From the human T2T-CHM13v2.0 reference genome, Homo sapiens, in assembly GCF_009914755.1 (NCBI RefSeq), contig NC_060931.1: a stretch of DNA of 64,000 nt; one strand, given 5' to 3'. A model generated the notes under the pieces. That model was not told where the DNA came from and did not search any database. It saw nothing but the letters and a program-made list of their open reading frames with translations. Each line of letters begins with the position of its first letter. Within the stretch, counting starts at the first letter, position 1. Positions 1 to 13,148 of this stretch are shown one piece after another. Made by a program: the position numbers and the translations under genes.

Positions 1-3000
1 TTAACACAAAAAGTGAATTTTTAAGAGATTTTCTGTTTTCTTAGTTAACAGAACTTATGAAAAACCTGTACTTTTTTCAGCAATTTCTCCCTGCCAATTG
101 CATTATTTCATTTCAGAAGTCTTAGCTCAATTCAGTTGCTGAATTGTCAGGCATTATTTCTTTGAGGGAGTTACCTCCCACAGGAGAAAACAAGTTGCCA
201 TGATGAGCAAAAACCTGAGATGTTTCATACGATTTGGTTTTCCATCTAAACCACTCCTTGGCTTAGAAAAAGCATGTCATTCAAAGGCAGAAGGGAAAAT
301 ATTTTCGATGAATTACCATCCCAGAAAATTCAGCCAACAAAACATTTTAGGATAGATCTTCCTGAGGCTACATGCCACTCACTGGCAATCTTAAACAACA
401 ACAGTTTAAGAAATATACCATAGTTCTTGGCCATAGGAACAAAAGTCTTAGGTGTTTCTCGCATTCTCATCTTTTTCTCTTCCCAGAGGCAGATTTTCAG
501 GTTAGGACTTCTCGATCTGCTATCTTAAGTGCTTCTTTTGCCCTTGCAATCACCTTTCTCTTTTCCTTTTTATTTTCATATCTATTAACCTTTCAAATCT
601 CATTTCTAAATGATAGCATTCTTGAGTTTTTTGACACTAATATCGATCTATAAGTGTAATATCTCAAATGTGTATGGCATCTTAAGAGTATAATGAGATT
701 TCATGTTTGTTATCTTGTTTTTGATGAGGTAGGTCAGGTATGGAGTGTTACAAATATAAATTTGGAGACTGGGGATCAGTTCAGCTATTTATATAACTTA
801 GATACATTTATAGTAAGGGAAGGACCCAAGCCTGGAATCCAGGATTCAGCTTCCTAGTCCAGTTCTTCACCCACTCTCCTGCACCTTCCTTCTATTGTAA
901 CTTGGGAAATGGGTACTTTTGTCCCATCAACTAGGAACGACGTGACCCATAAAAGAGAATTATCTCCCATTGAAAGGAGACATTCAGTAAATATCTCCAA
1001 ATGGAATTATTATTGGTGAAAGCTTAAGAAGGTACTACGGCATAGAAAAATGTCCTTTTGAAATAAGCAAATTACATCATGTTACTGTCAACAATTAGGC
1101 CATTTACCAAAACTATAATATTCAATGTCATTCATTGCAAATCTAATACAAAGCCATTTTTAAAAGCTGAACAACTGACAAGTATTTCCAGAGGTATCCT
1201 TTGCCTGAATTATGTGTTTACCTTAGGAAATGTTGCGAAGCCAGGTACAGGATGTCATAACAACCTCTGCTTGGATCAGAAGATTGTTGCTCTGAAATTT
1301 AGAGGACAATTGGCTTGTTTTCTTTGTTGCCCTATCTCATAAGCTATTTTTAAGGAAACTTACATTGGCGCAGTATTGGGAAATGGTCCGTAAGGTTAGC
1401 AAAGGCTGAAAATTGGTGGCAAAAAATTTAGTTTCTCTCTTCTGTTCTTCCATTTCCTACTCAATTTTAGCTCTATCTGTAGCTATGATAATCAGCTTAG
1501 CACAACTACAAATTAAGGTTGAATAAGCACACTTATGGCCTAAAGAAATAAAAACAAACTTTGCAGGTGAGGGTGTAAGTAGATACAGCTTAAAAATCGT
1601 GTACCTGTATTTTTTCTTCATTTATTTTCTGTTTTTCTTGGACATCTTTGTAGGAGAGGAGTATTCTGAGTTTATACATTACAGCAAAAATGTTAAACCT
1701 TCTCTCAAACCAAGAAGTAATTTGCTCATTCAGTTATCCATTCAATATATATGTATTTTGAGAGTTTATTCTGAGAAAGACACTGTAATAAATGGTGGGA
1801 TATGATATTAACCAGATAAATATGATATGTACCTTCATGAAGCTTATAATTTCTTGAGAGACAAACAAAAATTAAAATTAAAGTCAAACATAATCAATGC
1901 TACAATATTGAAAATACAGGATTCTGTAAAAGAATTTAGAAAAACACATTTCCATGGGCATACTAAGATCAAGCACAATTCACTGAACATTTTGTTTAAA
2001 TCAACTTAAACTTTCTCTTGTCAGAAAGTTTTTGGGAGTAAAAATAAATAAGGGTGATAGTATTCTAAGGATATCCTTAAGCCTGCTAAAATGCAGAGAA
2101 AAATCTAGATCATTCTTAAACTTGAATCCATTAAGTTTTTGTAGTATGTTAATTGCAATGTGGTATATTGCAACACTGTAATTGTGATTATTTTCAACAT
2201 GAGCTTAGAGTAAAATGAAAGGACCTACTCTTTTATGCTAATAAAAGTTTTGTAACAGTGGAACTCTACCTTCCTTGTTTCATGTCTTAAATTGGATGTG
2301 CTTAACGGTGTAACTCCACGAGGAAATAAAGCCAACTTCAGTCCATTAAAATGGAAAAAAAAAAAAGGGGGCAGCTAATGTATAACTGCATTAAAAGTGA
2401 TAAGGAAATATATTATTCCATAATGTAGTCAGTGCTTTAGCATAGTAATACCACAAACATAACATTTTCAAATTGTTCACCTAAATCACTGTTAAGAAAC
2501 TGAGTGATAGCCTGGTACTGATTCTAATTGTCAAAAACAATAATAAGGAAATGGAGGAAGTTACAAATTTGCCTTCTATGTCCTACTAAATATACAAAGT
2601 ATTTCTATGAAACGTAACCAATAAACTCTTGACAGGACTCCATATTGATTGGACAATGGCAGCGAAACAACTTTTGGTTGTGGTAGAATCCTCAAACCTC
2701 CACTGCAAAAATCTCAGCTTTGTGTTGATAATTTGAAAACAACACTCAAATTGAAGAGACAGGAACATTTATTTCTGTTTATGGGTTTGTACTGCTATCC
2801 ACTGGTTTAGAAAAACTTTCCAAAGGAACTTTATTCCAGTAATTAAGATAATCCACAACTGGGATAGATAATAATACATATCCAAAGATTAGCCAGTTTG
2901 ATTTTCAAGGTATTTCATAATTTGAAATGCCTTTTAATTTCAACAGTAAGAATCAAGTCTACTGAAGTTTAGTCTTGCGTCATATCAGTTATTGTGGTAT

Positions 3001-4329
3001 TAATTTAACAGAGGAATATCTTGTTGAAGACATTTCTTCCTCATCTAACACAATACATGTCCTCTTAACAGTGATGCAAATTTAAATACAAAGATCCATG
3101 GAACCGACACGGATCAGTTTTCTGTGGAACTGACACAGCTCAGGCTCCCCCAGATCTTAGAATCTGAGAAAACTTTGCCAAACTCAGATTTACATCAATC
3201 CAAAAGTAATACCTTCTAATTTCTCTGTCTAGTCTTATCTACTGAAGGTTACCAACCCTGGCAGCTGCTACACTCAACAGCCCTAGCTAAGCCCATTCTA
3301 GAGAAGACAGTGCCAAAGAAAATTTTTTTTGATGTTCACAATCCCCAAGAGAGTGGTTGTCAGCTGGCCAGGGAATGAGTCTGTGTGGGCCAAACCACAG
3401 AAATATTCTTATCTAGTGTATATTTATTTTACTATTTGGCATATCATAAATTTGATCCAAATTTCCCTTTCTTTATGAAATGTTAATATATGTGTTCTGA
3501 TCAGAGGCCTGAAATCTCTGCCATACCAGCTTTTAAAAGAATAGTTAAAAAAAAAAAAAGGTTTTATATTATATCCAGATATTTTGACTTAACTCGTTTG
3601 TAAAATCTACATTTATATAACTAGCCTCAAATAATATTTAAAATATGCATAATATTCAAAAATAGAAGAATATTCTTATTTCTTTAGTACAAATCTAAGG
3701 AAAATATCCTAATTCTTTCTGTGAATATTTTTACTGGGCATATGGCATACAGTACATGCTCAAAAAGACTGAATTTACTGCAAGAGCAAATTAGACATAT
3801 AATTATATAAAATATCACATTAGCATGTTAATTGTGATTGTCTAAACTTTTATATATCCAGTCCAATATAAAATCCTTTTTCACTAATCTACTCCAGTCT
3901 TTCAAAATAATAAAAAATGAAGAATATCAGATATTTATTTTTTAACTCCCTGCTGTCTTCTATTTTAAAAATTAGCATTTTAAAAGAAGTAACTTAGAAG
4001 ACTTTTCATAATTTATAACTTGAATTTGACTATATTTGTCTTCCTTTCCTATGGCAGTTCACTTAAAATGACAGTAATAACAACAATAAAATTAAAGAAT
4101 ACACTCATTATGATAGAAGAAACGGAAGAATGAATAGCATGCTAGAGAACTTAAGAACAACAACAAAAAAAATAGATGAGGAAAATTCTTTTTCTGGCAG
4201 TGTGGCAGCCTAACATAATCTGCCCTGAAAATAACTAAAATTGCTGGATACAACACACTTAGCATCAGTTTAAATTTGCGAATGTGCTTAAGAGTTATTT
4301 GAAGCCTAAAAGTAAATGACAAGAACTAA

Positions 4330-5640
4330 GCAATAAAATTGTTTTCACCTTCAGGGTATTTACCAAACCTAGGTAACCTTGACTGCCTGTCAAGGATTCA
4401 CAGGTCACAAGAAATATGAGATAAGCCCTAGAACTAATCCAACCTATGGATAATTTTTCTGCATAAACTGGAGAGGATATGGTAACATATTCTTGGTTGG
4501 AATACAGGTAAACTCTGCTCCCTATAATCTCCTACTTCCCCATCCTCATCCCGCCCCTCCACCTCCCACCCCTACCCACACCTCTGCTGCTAATGATAAA
4601 AAGAATTAATTGCTCATCTTGAAACTTAGTGCTGGTAGAGGGAAAAAAAAATAACTCTCCTAAGCATTTGCAAATACAAGTAGGTTCTCAATGAGTTTTG
4701 CAAACCAATGCTATACTACCTGGAATGTCTGAAAATGTTAAGCCATGAATTTATTTTGAAGTGGTTCTAGATTAGTAGTAACTCTAGGCTCTGACAGAAA
4801 AAACTGAATATCCTTGCTCGGGGACACCAGTGGTAAACCAAGACCTTAAGGAAATAACAGACAAGTTTCCAAGAAATATGAACTCATAAACAACATTACA
4901 AAACATGTAGGAAGTCAAGCACCATGATGGTGTACGAGAAAAATCAACACAGTAGAGTCAGATTCTTGATGTGTCAAGTAACTCATTAAAAATTAATATA
5001 GTTTTTCTAACCAATATATTTATATTATCCTGGATAAATCAAAATTCAAAGAAAGAATCGGATATGTGAGTAAAGAGCAAAAGACTCTAAAGTAACTCAG
5101 ATTGGAAAATAATCAAATTTAACGTTTTTAGTAATAAAAAATGAATAACTCAGTGGCTAACTTTTGCTTCTGGTCAAATTAAAATATCAGGAACCAGCTT
5201 TATCTTTCTGCCTTAAAGTAACAAAAAATTGACAAATATATGAAATTATAGTTTTCAGACATTATACACCAGAATTTGGATCCTAGAGAAAAGGAGAAGT
5301 AACGAGGAGAGTTCTGATTATCAACACAGGCAGGGGAACCATGCAGAGCCCAGTGGTGTGAATGAGTTGAATACAGAGAGACTGAAATTTGGAGAGGTTA
5401 AAACAGCTAGTATTTGTTAGATGGCTACTAAATAGGAGGGAGCTGCATAAAGAAAAAGCTCCAGAGAGCAAGTATTTGTTGGAATACTGATCTGCACATA
5501 TGTGAGATAAAATTGCCTGAGATAGTAGAAATAAAAACCAGGAAACCTTTAGGCCAAACAATCTCTGGAGCTCACACAAAAATGAGAATAGTGCTTTATA
5601 TAGCTCAAAAAAAACAACAACTCATAATACATGGGGTATA
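4330..5640 (+). mobile_element. Ancient L1M 5'/ORF1-region remnants (at least two fragments)
   Basis: A-rich strand bias. L1M 5'-end-like text at ~5160 (cttttgcttctggtcaa...aaatatatgaaattatagttttcagacatt). Colinear with the ORF2 remnant downstream. Boundaries approximate. Confidence 0.5.
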
Positions 5641-5676
5641 GAAAACAACCTTCAAAGATTTATATATAAAGGTTTC

Positions 5677-5677
<1 letters not shown>

Positions 5678-5720
<43 letters not shown>
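5678..5720. repeat. (TA)n microsatellite, about 21 units
   Basis: Perfect TA run read directly. Confidence 0.98.
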
Positions 5721-5723
<3 letters not shown>

Positions 5724-5789
5724 ACATTTTATATAACAAAAAAGATTATCTTAATTGATAATTCATCACTAATTGATGATGCAAATTAT

Positions 5790-6827
5790 CTGATAAATGT
5801 AACAACAATGCATGGCAAAAAAAGAAACAAAACTCTCAGCTAACTTAGAGGGAAACCTCATTGTCCTGATAAAAAGCATATATGTCTAACCTACATGTAA
5901 AATCAATCAAAAATCATACTTCATACAACCAAAATCATAGTTAATAATGAAAGACTAATACCTACCCATTATAATTGAAAAAAAGACAAGGATATTCTCT
6001 CAAACAAATTTTATTTAACATTGTGCTGGAAGCTCCAGCCAGTACAACACATAAATGTATACATACATATATGCATTAAAATATATACACATTGAAAAGG
6101 AGAAAGTAAATCTGTCTGTATTTGCCAACCATCTGGCCATCTATGTAGAAAATCCTATGGAATCTACTCCTCTACCTCAAAAAAACTACCACAACTACCA
6201 AGTAAAATAGGAAGACTACAGGACATAAGTTCAATATACAAAAATCTATAGTATTTCTGTATGTGAATGACAAATAATTAGATTAAAAGTTTTTAAAATA
6301 ATACCATTTACAACATGACCAATAAAGTGGAATACTTAGAGATAAATTTTAAAAATTATGTTGAAGACTTCTACATTGAAAATTACAAAATAATGCATAA
6401 AAAAAGCACTAAATACATGAAAAGATATACTATTGCGTGAGTCAGAAGACTCAGTATTGTTAAAATGTCAATTCTGTCAGTTTGATTTTTAAATTCAACT
6501 CAATTTGAATTTGATAGGCTTTTTAAAATAAAAATTAATAAGTTGATTTTGAGATTTATATGCAAATACAATAATAAACCTTTGAAAATGAAGAACAAGT
6601 TTGAATGACTTATACTACATGATTTCTAGACTTGCTTTAATGGTACAATAACCAAGACAACACAGTATTGGTATAAGATCAACGGAAGAGAAGAGTCTAG
6701 AAATGGACCTCTACACATGTGGTTAATTTTTAACAAATATACCAAGATAATGCAATATTAAAAGGTGAAAGATTTATGTGTTCTGAAGAGAAACCAGAGA
6801 ATCCAAGATAATGCAATAGGAAAAGGG
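5790..6827 (+). mobile_element. Ancient L1M ORF2 remnant (RT to C-terminal region)
   Basis: Degenerate ORF2 landmarks: aaaactctcagc, ttaataatgaaagact, ttatttaacattgtgctggaag, tatttgccaac...atctatgtagaaaatcc, agactcagtattgttaaaatgtcaattc. Confidence 0.8.
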
Positions 6828-7251
6828 TAATAAAAGAAAAACTTTTGACAAATTAAATTTAGCAGAGTCTTAACTGAGAAAAAAAAAATGATTTGCAAAT
6901 CAGGCAGCTCTCAGAACCAGAACATGCTTAGAGAAACTGGGGTTGCTGCATGGTTGCATAATATTTCTGAGCAGAAAAAGAAAAGTGACGTACAGAAAAT
7001 GGAAGTGAGATACAGAAACTGCTGATTTGGTTACAGCTCAGCAGTTGCTTTATTTGAACACAGTTTGAACAGTTGCTTGTCTGTGATTGGCTGAGGCACA
7101 GCTGCTGTGGTTGACTGAGGCTCACCTATTTTTACAGACACATACTCCTAAGTTGGGTTTTCAGTTTATTTATGTGCTAAGTTAGGTTGCAATTCATGAG
7201 AATTGAAGTATGCAAGTAAAAAGGCTTTCTCAGGCCAAATTTAGTTTAACA
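6828..7251 (-). mobile_element. MER57-family ERV1 solo LTR
   Basis: Reverse complement starts tgttaaactaaatttggcct and contains the MER57 hallmarks agccaatcacag, ctgttcaaactgtgttcaaataaagc and tcacttccattttctgtacgtcacttt. Confidence 0.85.
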
Positions 7252-7256
7252 ATAGT

Positions 7257-7637
7257 TGTATTAGTCCATTTTCACACTGCGATAAAGAACTGCCTGAGTA
7301 ATTTATAAAGGGTAATTTGTAAAGGAAAGAGGTTTAATTAACTCACAGTTCAGCATGGCTAGGGAGGCCTCAGGAAACTTACAGTGATGGTGGAAGGTGA
7401 AGGGGAAGCAAGGCACCTTCTTCACAAGGTGGCAGGAAGAAGTGCCGAGCAAAGGGGAAAGAGCCCCTTATATCAGATCTTGTGAGCGCTCTCTCACTAT
7501 CACAAGAACAGCATGGGGGAAACTGCCGCCATGATTCAATTACCTCCACCTGATCTCTCCCTGGACACATGGGGATTATTGGGATTACAACAATTCAAGT
7601 TGAGATTTGGGTGGGAACACCAAGCTTAACTGTATCA
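7257..7637 (-). mobile_element. THE1D (MaLR) solo LTR
   Basis: tgtattagtcc...gggaggcctcaggaaacttac...tacctccacctg..ctctccc...tatca. TG..CA ends and a 5-bp TSD atagt/ctagt. Confidence 0.92.
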
Positions 7638-7642
7638 CTAGT

Positions 7643-8043
7643 CTTTCTAACAAAAGTGTGCTGAACAATTGAATATATAAGGGAAAAATTCACCGTAACC
7701 CTTATCCTATGGCATATACAAAATTTATTTTGAAAAACATTATCAAAATAAAAGTTAAATATAAAACTTCTAAAGAAAATATAGGGAAAGACCTTCACAA
7801 GCTGTGGTCAGGAAAAGATTCCTTGGAGCAGAAAAAGTAAAAACAGTAACAGAAAAATTAATTGATAATTGAATTTTAAAATATTTATTCATCATTAGAC
7901 ATCATCAAAAAAATAAAAGGTAAGCCGTAGACTTGGAAAAAAATGTAAAACATATAATTAGTAAAAGACTTGTATGCAGAATATATAAAGAATATAAGCA
8001 ACATGATAGAAAATAAGAAAAACTATCTGGACATGTTATACAC

Positions 8044-8086
<43 letters not shown>

Positions 8087-8800
8087 GATATCACTATCAT
8101 CCTCTGGAATGGCTAAAATTATAAAGATTGGTCATACAAAAAATTAATGAGGATGTAAAGCAGCTGGGACTCTCATACATTTCTAATGGGAATGTGAAAT
8201 GGTATAACCACTTTGGAAAACGTTCTGGTACTTTCTGATAAAGTTAAACATAAACAAATCACCCAGAAATCTCACTGCTTCATATTTACCCAAGAAAAAT
8301 GAAAACATACATCCCCACCAAAGATTCGTAAGCCAACGTTTATAGAAGCTTTACTTACAGGAGCCAAAAATGGGAAACAACGCAAATGTCCACTCTTCAT
8401 TTAATGTATAATAAATTATGTTTTATCTATGTAATGGAATGCTATATAGCAACAAGATGGAATGAACTACTAATATGAACAATGTGGTTGAATCTCAAAA
8501 GCACTCTATGTGAAAGAAGCAGACATAGAAGGCTACAGACTTCATGATACCATTTTACATAAAATTTTAGAAAAGATACAAGTGTAGTGACAGAAGAAGA
8601 TCAGTGTTTTCCCAGGGGCTGGATTGGAGAAAGGGTTGGTGACAAAGCAGCATGAGAGAATGGAATTGTTGGAAATGGAAATTATCTATATCTTGATGCA
8701 GTGGTGATTATATGACTATACACATTTTCAAACTCATTAATTTATGCTTTTAACATTGATGACTATACTCCATGCAATTATACTTCAACAAAACCAGTAT
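7643..8800 (+). mobile_element. Continuation of the old L1M: ORF2 end and 3' UTR (L1MB-L1ME type)
   Basis: L1 text resumes after the LTRs (ctttctaacaaaagtgtgctgaacaattg), then gaatggctaaaatt, ggtataaccactttggaaaac and the 3'UTR-like atcttgat...tatacttcaa. Confidence 0.8.
8040..8080. repeat. (CA)n microsatellite
   Basis: About 20 CA units with one CG interruption. Confidence 0.97.
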
Positions 8801-8829
8801 TTTTAAACCAGTGGCAAAAGAATAATCAG

Positions 8830-10380
8830 GTGAAAGCAAGTCAACCCCTTAACATGATTCCATTTTGAGCCAATTTAAATGGAAAAAAAAATGAAGAAAT
8901 CATTAAATACCAAGCATTAGAGAATATGTGGCTAAATGCAGTATTTTGTGCATTACAAGTGGAAGTATCTTCTGGTTGCAATACATTAGAAAACATTTTT
9001 GTATTAACTTTTGAAATTGGATAACCGTATACTCCATAGCCAATAATTTTACCATATTGAGCATATTCAAGTTAACTCTTACAAATATGAATCATAAAAC
9101 ATGTTTAACAATATTCATTTTAGCACTCTTTGTAATATAAAATAATGAAACTATTAAATGTATATCACCAGGATGACAAGTTATAGTATATTCACACAAG
9201 GGAGAATTATACTATAGTAAAAATCAGTTTATCAAAGCCACATGTGCCAACATTGAATGAATGTTAGAAACATAAGAAAAATAGTCTCAAAAGATTATAT
9301 ACTGTGTGATACCCTTTTTATAAAACTCAAAAACAAAACTGATATTAGTTTTCTAATCCTTGGTTATTGTTGTGAGAGTTCATTATATTAATAATATAAA
9401 TATATTAATATATGGATCAGTGATGGCAATGTCATAAAACAAGAATTATAATTATTTTAACTCTGTGTTCCTAGAAGTTATTTTAAAATAAACATATAAA
9501 TATGCAACTAGAAAGAAAAATGAATAAACAGATGAAAGAAAATAATACAGCAGAAATATATCTTTTGTCTCTCAATAGGACACAGAAGTGTAAATAGGAA
9601 ATAGTAACTGGAAATGTTTCAGAAAAAGATGAAAAAAATTACTGAAACATAATGAACTAAAAATATGAAGCATTGAGCTAGACAGCATTAAGAAAGAATC
9701 CATTTGAGACTGTTCTAAAATTCTTTTTCTTACAAGTAGGTTATGACATTTGATGCTTTTAGAATTAAATGAGAGAATATATTTCCAGCACAATTTTTGG
9801 TTTTGTATAATTATTATTTATAATAATCATAATTTAAAAAAATTTAAGATTATACTATCGAGTAATCTAAGAGACAAAATTTAAAGCATTCTGTGCTTAA
9901 GATTCTAATGCAGCATGTAAATCTTACCAATTTTGAAAATGCAAAAGGTACAAATGAACAAAGTTAGGAGATGGAGGAAAGAGGGACAGAAGTTTGTAGT
10001 ATGAATATTCTAATTTTTTTTATCATTGGGAATGGCAAGAAACTGGTATTTGTTGAAATTAGAAAGATTGTCTGAGTTTTAACTCAATAAAACCAATACA
10101 ATAAAGAAATAGTATTGTAATTGTTGAACCTTGAAAACAAGGACATTTTGTCCCTGCTGCTGTGGATAAACTATACCAGCATTTGTCAGATTGGAAAATC
10201 CATAGTTAATATTTCATAAAACAAAAACATCGTTATAATGATATTAATAGGAGTTTTTTTTTAAAAAAATAAGAAAACCAAGTAGCAGAACAAAAATTTA
10301 AAATTCCAAGTGGCTGCCTTTTGGGAATAGAACTGTGGGTAGAAAGACGTATGGGTCAGAGAACTATTGTGTTTCATTAG
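8830..10380 (+). mobile_element. Highly decayed L1ME-type 3' fragments
   Basis: aaataccaagcattagagaatatgtgg, tattcattttagcactctttgtaata, tatatactgtgtgataccctttttataaaactcaaaaac. Very diverged. Confidence 0.5.
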
Positions 10381-11333
10381 CAGATCTCCTCTGCTAGGTA
10401 ATCTTTCTCCTATTTGAATGAACCACTTTCATCTAAATAAGTGAGTAAATAATGAATAAATGATAACACAACACCAAAATAAAATGACTTGTGCAGAACT
10501 TTTATCATTGAACAACTGTTAACTAGTGGATGACACAGCCTTATCTTACATCCTCCACGCAAGACTATTTTTACTCCTGTGTCAAGATGCACTAGCCCAT
10601 ATCATGATACCTATCTTGTTTGCATGAAAAGAACCTAAATAAAACCTAGAGATGAATTGCAGGAAGTTTTGTCAATAGCTTGTAAAATATTTTATAATCA
10701 TCCTGATAAGTGAGCTGAATTGTCAGTGTCAGTCATGGAGGAGGAACAGAAAGAAGCAATCAAAGAGTTCCTGAAATCTTTCAAGGTAACATATAGCCAG
10801 AGCACAATTGGAATTTAGAGATCCCACAGGGTTGCACAGATGGTTGCTCAGCCCTCTGAACAGCACTGCCCCTTAATCCAAACACACCTAAATAGATGCA
10901 ATAATGCTGTCGGTCTGAGAATCACTCAATTAACCTTACAGTGACATAGGACCAGCCAGCAGAGTTGTGGCTCCTCTGACGAATTGGTCCCATTCTGTCT
11001 CTAGTTACCCCTGTACAAAGTGTACTTGGTTTGCCTTTTTTTTTCAAGCTTTAAAACTGAAGAAAATATTGGAGTCAAAATATTATCTTTTTGCTCTCTT
11101 CCCATAGGAGCAGGAACTACAAATTGCAAATTTGTCCCCTAGTGAGGTAGGTGGCTGATGCTCGCTCAGTTCATTGGGTGGTTTGCTGTTAGCTACCTAT
11201 GCTATCAACACAGCTCCCTAGATGCCGTCAAAGAGAATGCGGAATCTCATCAAGGGGCCAAAATGTATTCTCTTCCTCTTGCAATTAAAAGAGGAAAGAA
11301 GGAAAGTTCCAATCTTTGTCTTCTTATTGCTAG

Positions 11334-11680
<347 letters not shown>

Positions 11681-12412
11681 TAATTCATTCTTTCTTCTTT
11701 CTTTTCAAGAGATTACTCCCCAGCACATTGCAACCCAGGAACACAGAAACCCCAAATCACATCTTCCTAAAATTATCCCATGTTGGTGGATAAGTGTTCA
11801 GTGTGATGGAGAATTGCATGAAAGGGATAATTAATGTCCCACTGTTGATTTTCCTATATCTTGTTTGCTGACTCACCATGTATTCCTATGTCCTGTCCTA
11901 CTTATTCTCTGCAGTCTTACTTCATCAGAACTGAATGAATCTTGTGTTTATGTCATTTACAAAGCTATGCAAAGAGAGATGAGGAAATAATTTCTCAGGC
12001 TAGGCTCCCCAAAAAGAAAGGATTAGTAAGGAATCACTGCCAATCTTATGATAAAATCTGTTTATAGGTTTGGAGTGCTTAATATACTGTTAAACATTAG
12101 CACAATATAATCACTGTAATGATCAAATAACTACAAACACACCAATATGTTCTCTAACCTGACAGTTGCTGACTTAGGGCGGTGACTTGAGAATCACCTT
12201 TCAGCTCACTGGGTTTGCTGAATGCTCCATTCTCATGCAAAAAGCAGATTTTCCAAAGTTTAGCTAAACCTAAATTATGAATGGTATCCCTTCGCATTCA
12301 GTGACAAAAATTGTGTTATTGAAGAAGTATTTGCTCTAAATCTCTCTGGCATTTTGAAGCACCTACATGTACGAAGGGGAGAGGTGTGTCTGCACATGTG
12401 TGTATGTGATGC

Positions 12413-12468
12413 GTACTTATGCTGGCCAGCATAGTACTGTGGTGTACGTATGCTGGCCGGCATAGTAC
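12413..12468. repeat. 31-bp tandem duplication, each unit a palindrome
   Basis: gtacttatgctggccagcatagtac (12413-12437) and gtacgtatgctggccggcatagtac (12444-12468). Confidence 0.9.
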
Positions 12469-12477
12469 ATATGGTGT

Positions 12478-12845
12478 GCTGTTCCTCCAACACACCACGT
12501 GTCCCCTGGGCTCAGGTCTCTTTTGTTTACTTTTTCTCTGCCTGCAATACTCCCCTGAAGGTGACTATATGGTTTGTTCCTTTCACAACTTTATGCATTG
12601 CTCAACTGTCAACTTCTTAGTGAGGTGTCACTGGACCACCAAATTTTAAATTACAACCCCACCATCCCAGGACTCCATACCCTTCTCTGTTTCATTTTTT
12701 TCCCATAGCACTTAATGCCTTCTACTGTATGACTTATTTTTTATTTTATATATTTATATTAAATATAACATTTTGTTCTGTTCTCTAACACCAATACACC
12801 TGGTACATCTAGATGCGTGTGAAAACATTTTTTGAATGAATGAAT
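12478..12845 (+). mobile_element. L2 (L2a-like) 3' end
   Basis: ctgttcctccaacacacc...catagcactta...ttttgaatgaatgaat terminal motif. Confidence 0.75.
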
Positions 12846-13115
12846 ACACTTGAGGATGATGCAAATGATGTCAGCTGTCTATCTAGGTATGGCTATTAAT
12901 GTGTCATCTTTCCACTAAAAACATGCATTTTCTTTTACATTTTATGTTTTTTCTAATACCCAAATGCTGTGGGTTCTTTCCCCCTCAAGACACTCTTCTG
13001 CTTCCTCCATTTCCAACTGCTAACATCTCACTGGCTATCTAGTCTGTCCTCAACCAGTGTTTGACATTTCCTGGTTTACTGAGAACTACCTCAACAAAGA
13101 GGGGTTTTCCAAGAC

Positions 13116-13143
<28 letters not shown>
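13116..13143 (+). repeat. Pure poly(A), 28 nt
   Basis: Read directly. Confidence 0.95.

Positions 13144-13148
<5 letters not shown>

Noticed and set aside
12413-12468. CRISPR-like palindromic repeats
   Set aside because: Two units only, 6-bp spacer, eukaryotic context and no cas genes. The 26-bp array at 28339-28442 likewise has no spacers.
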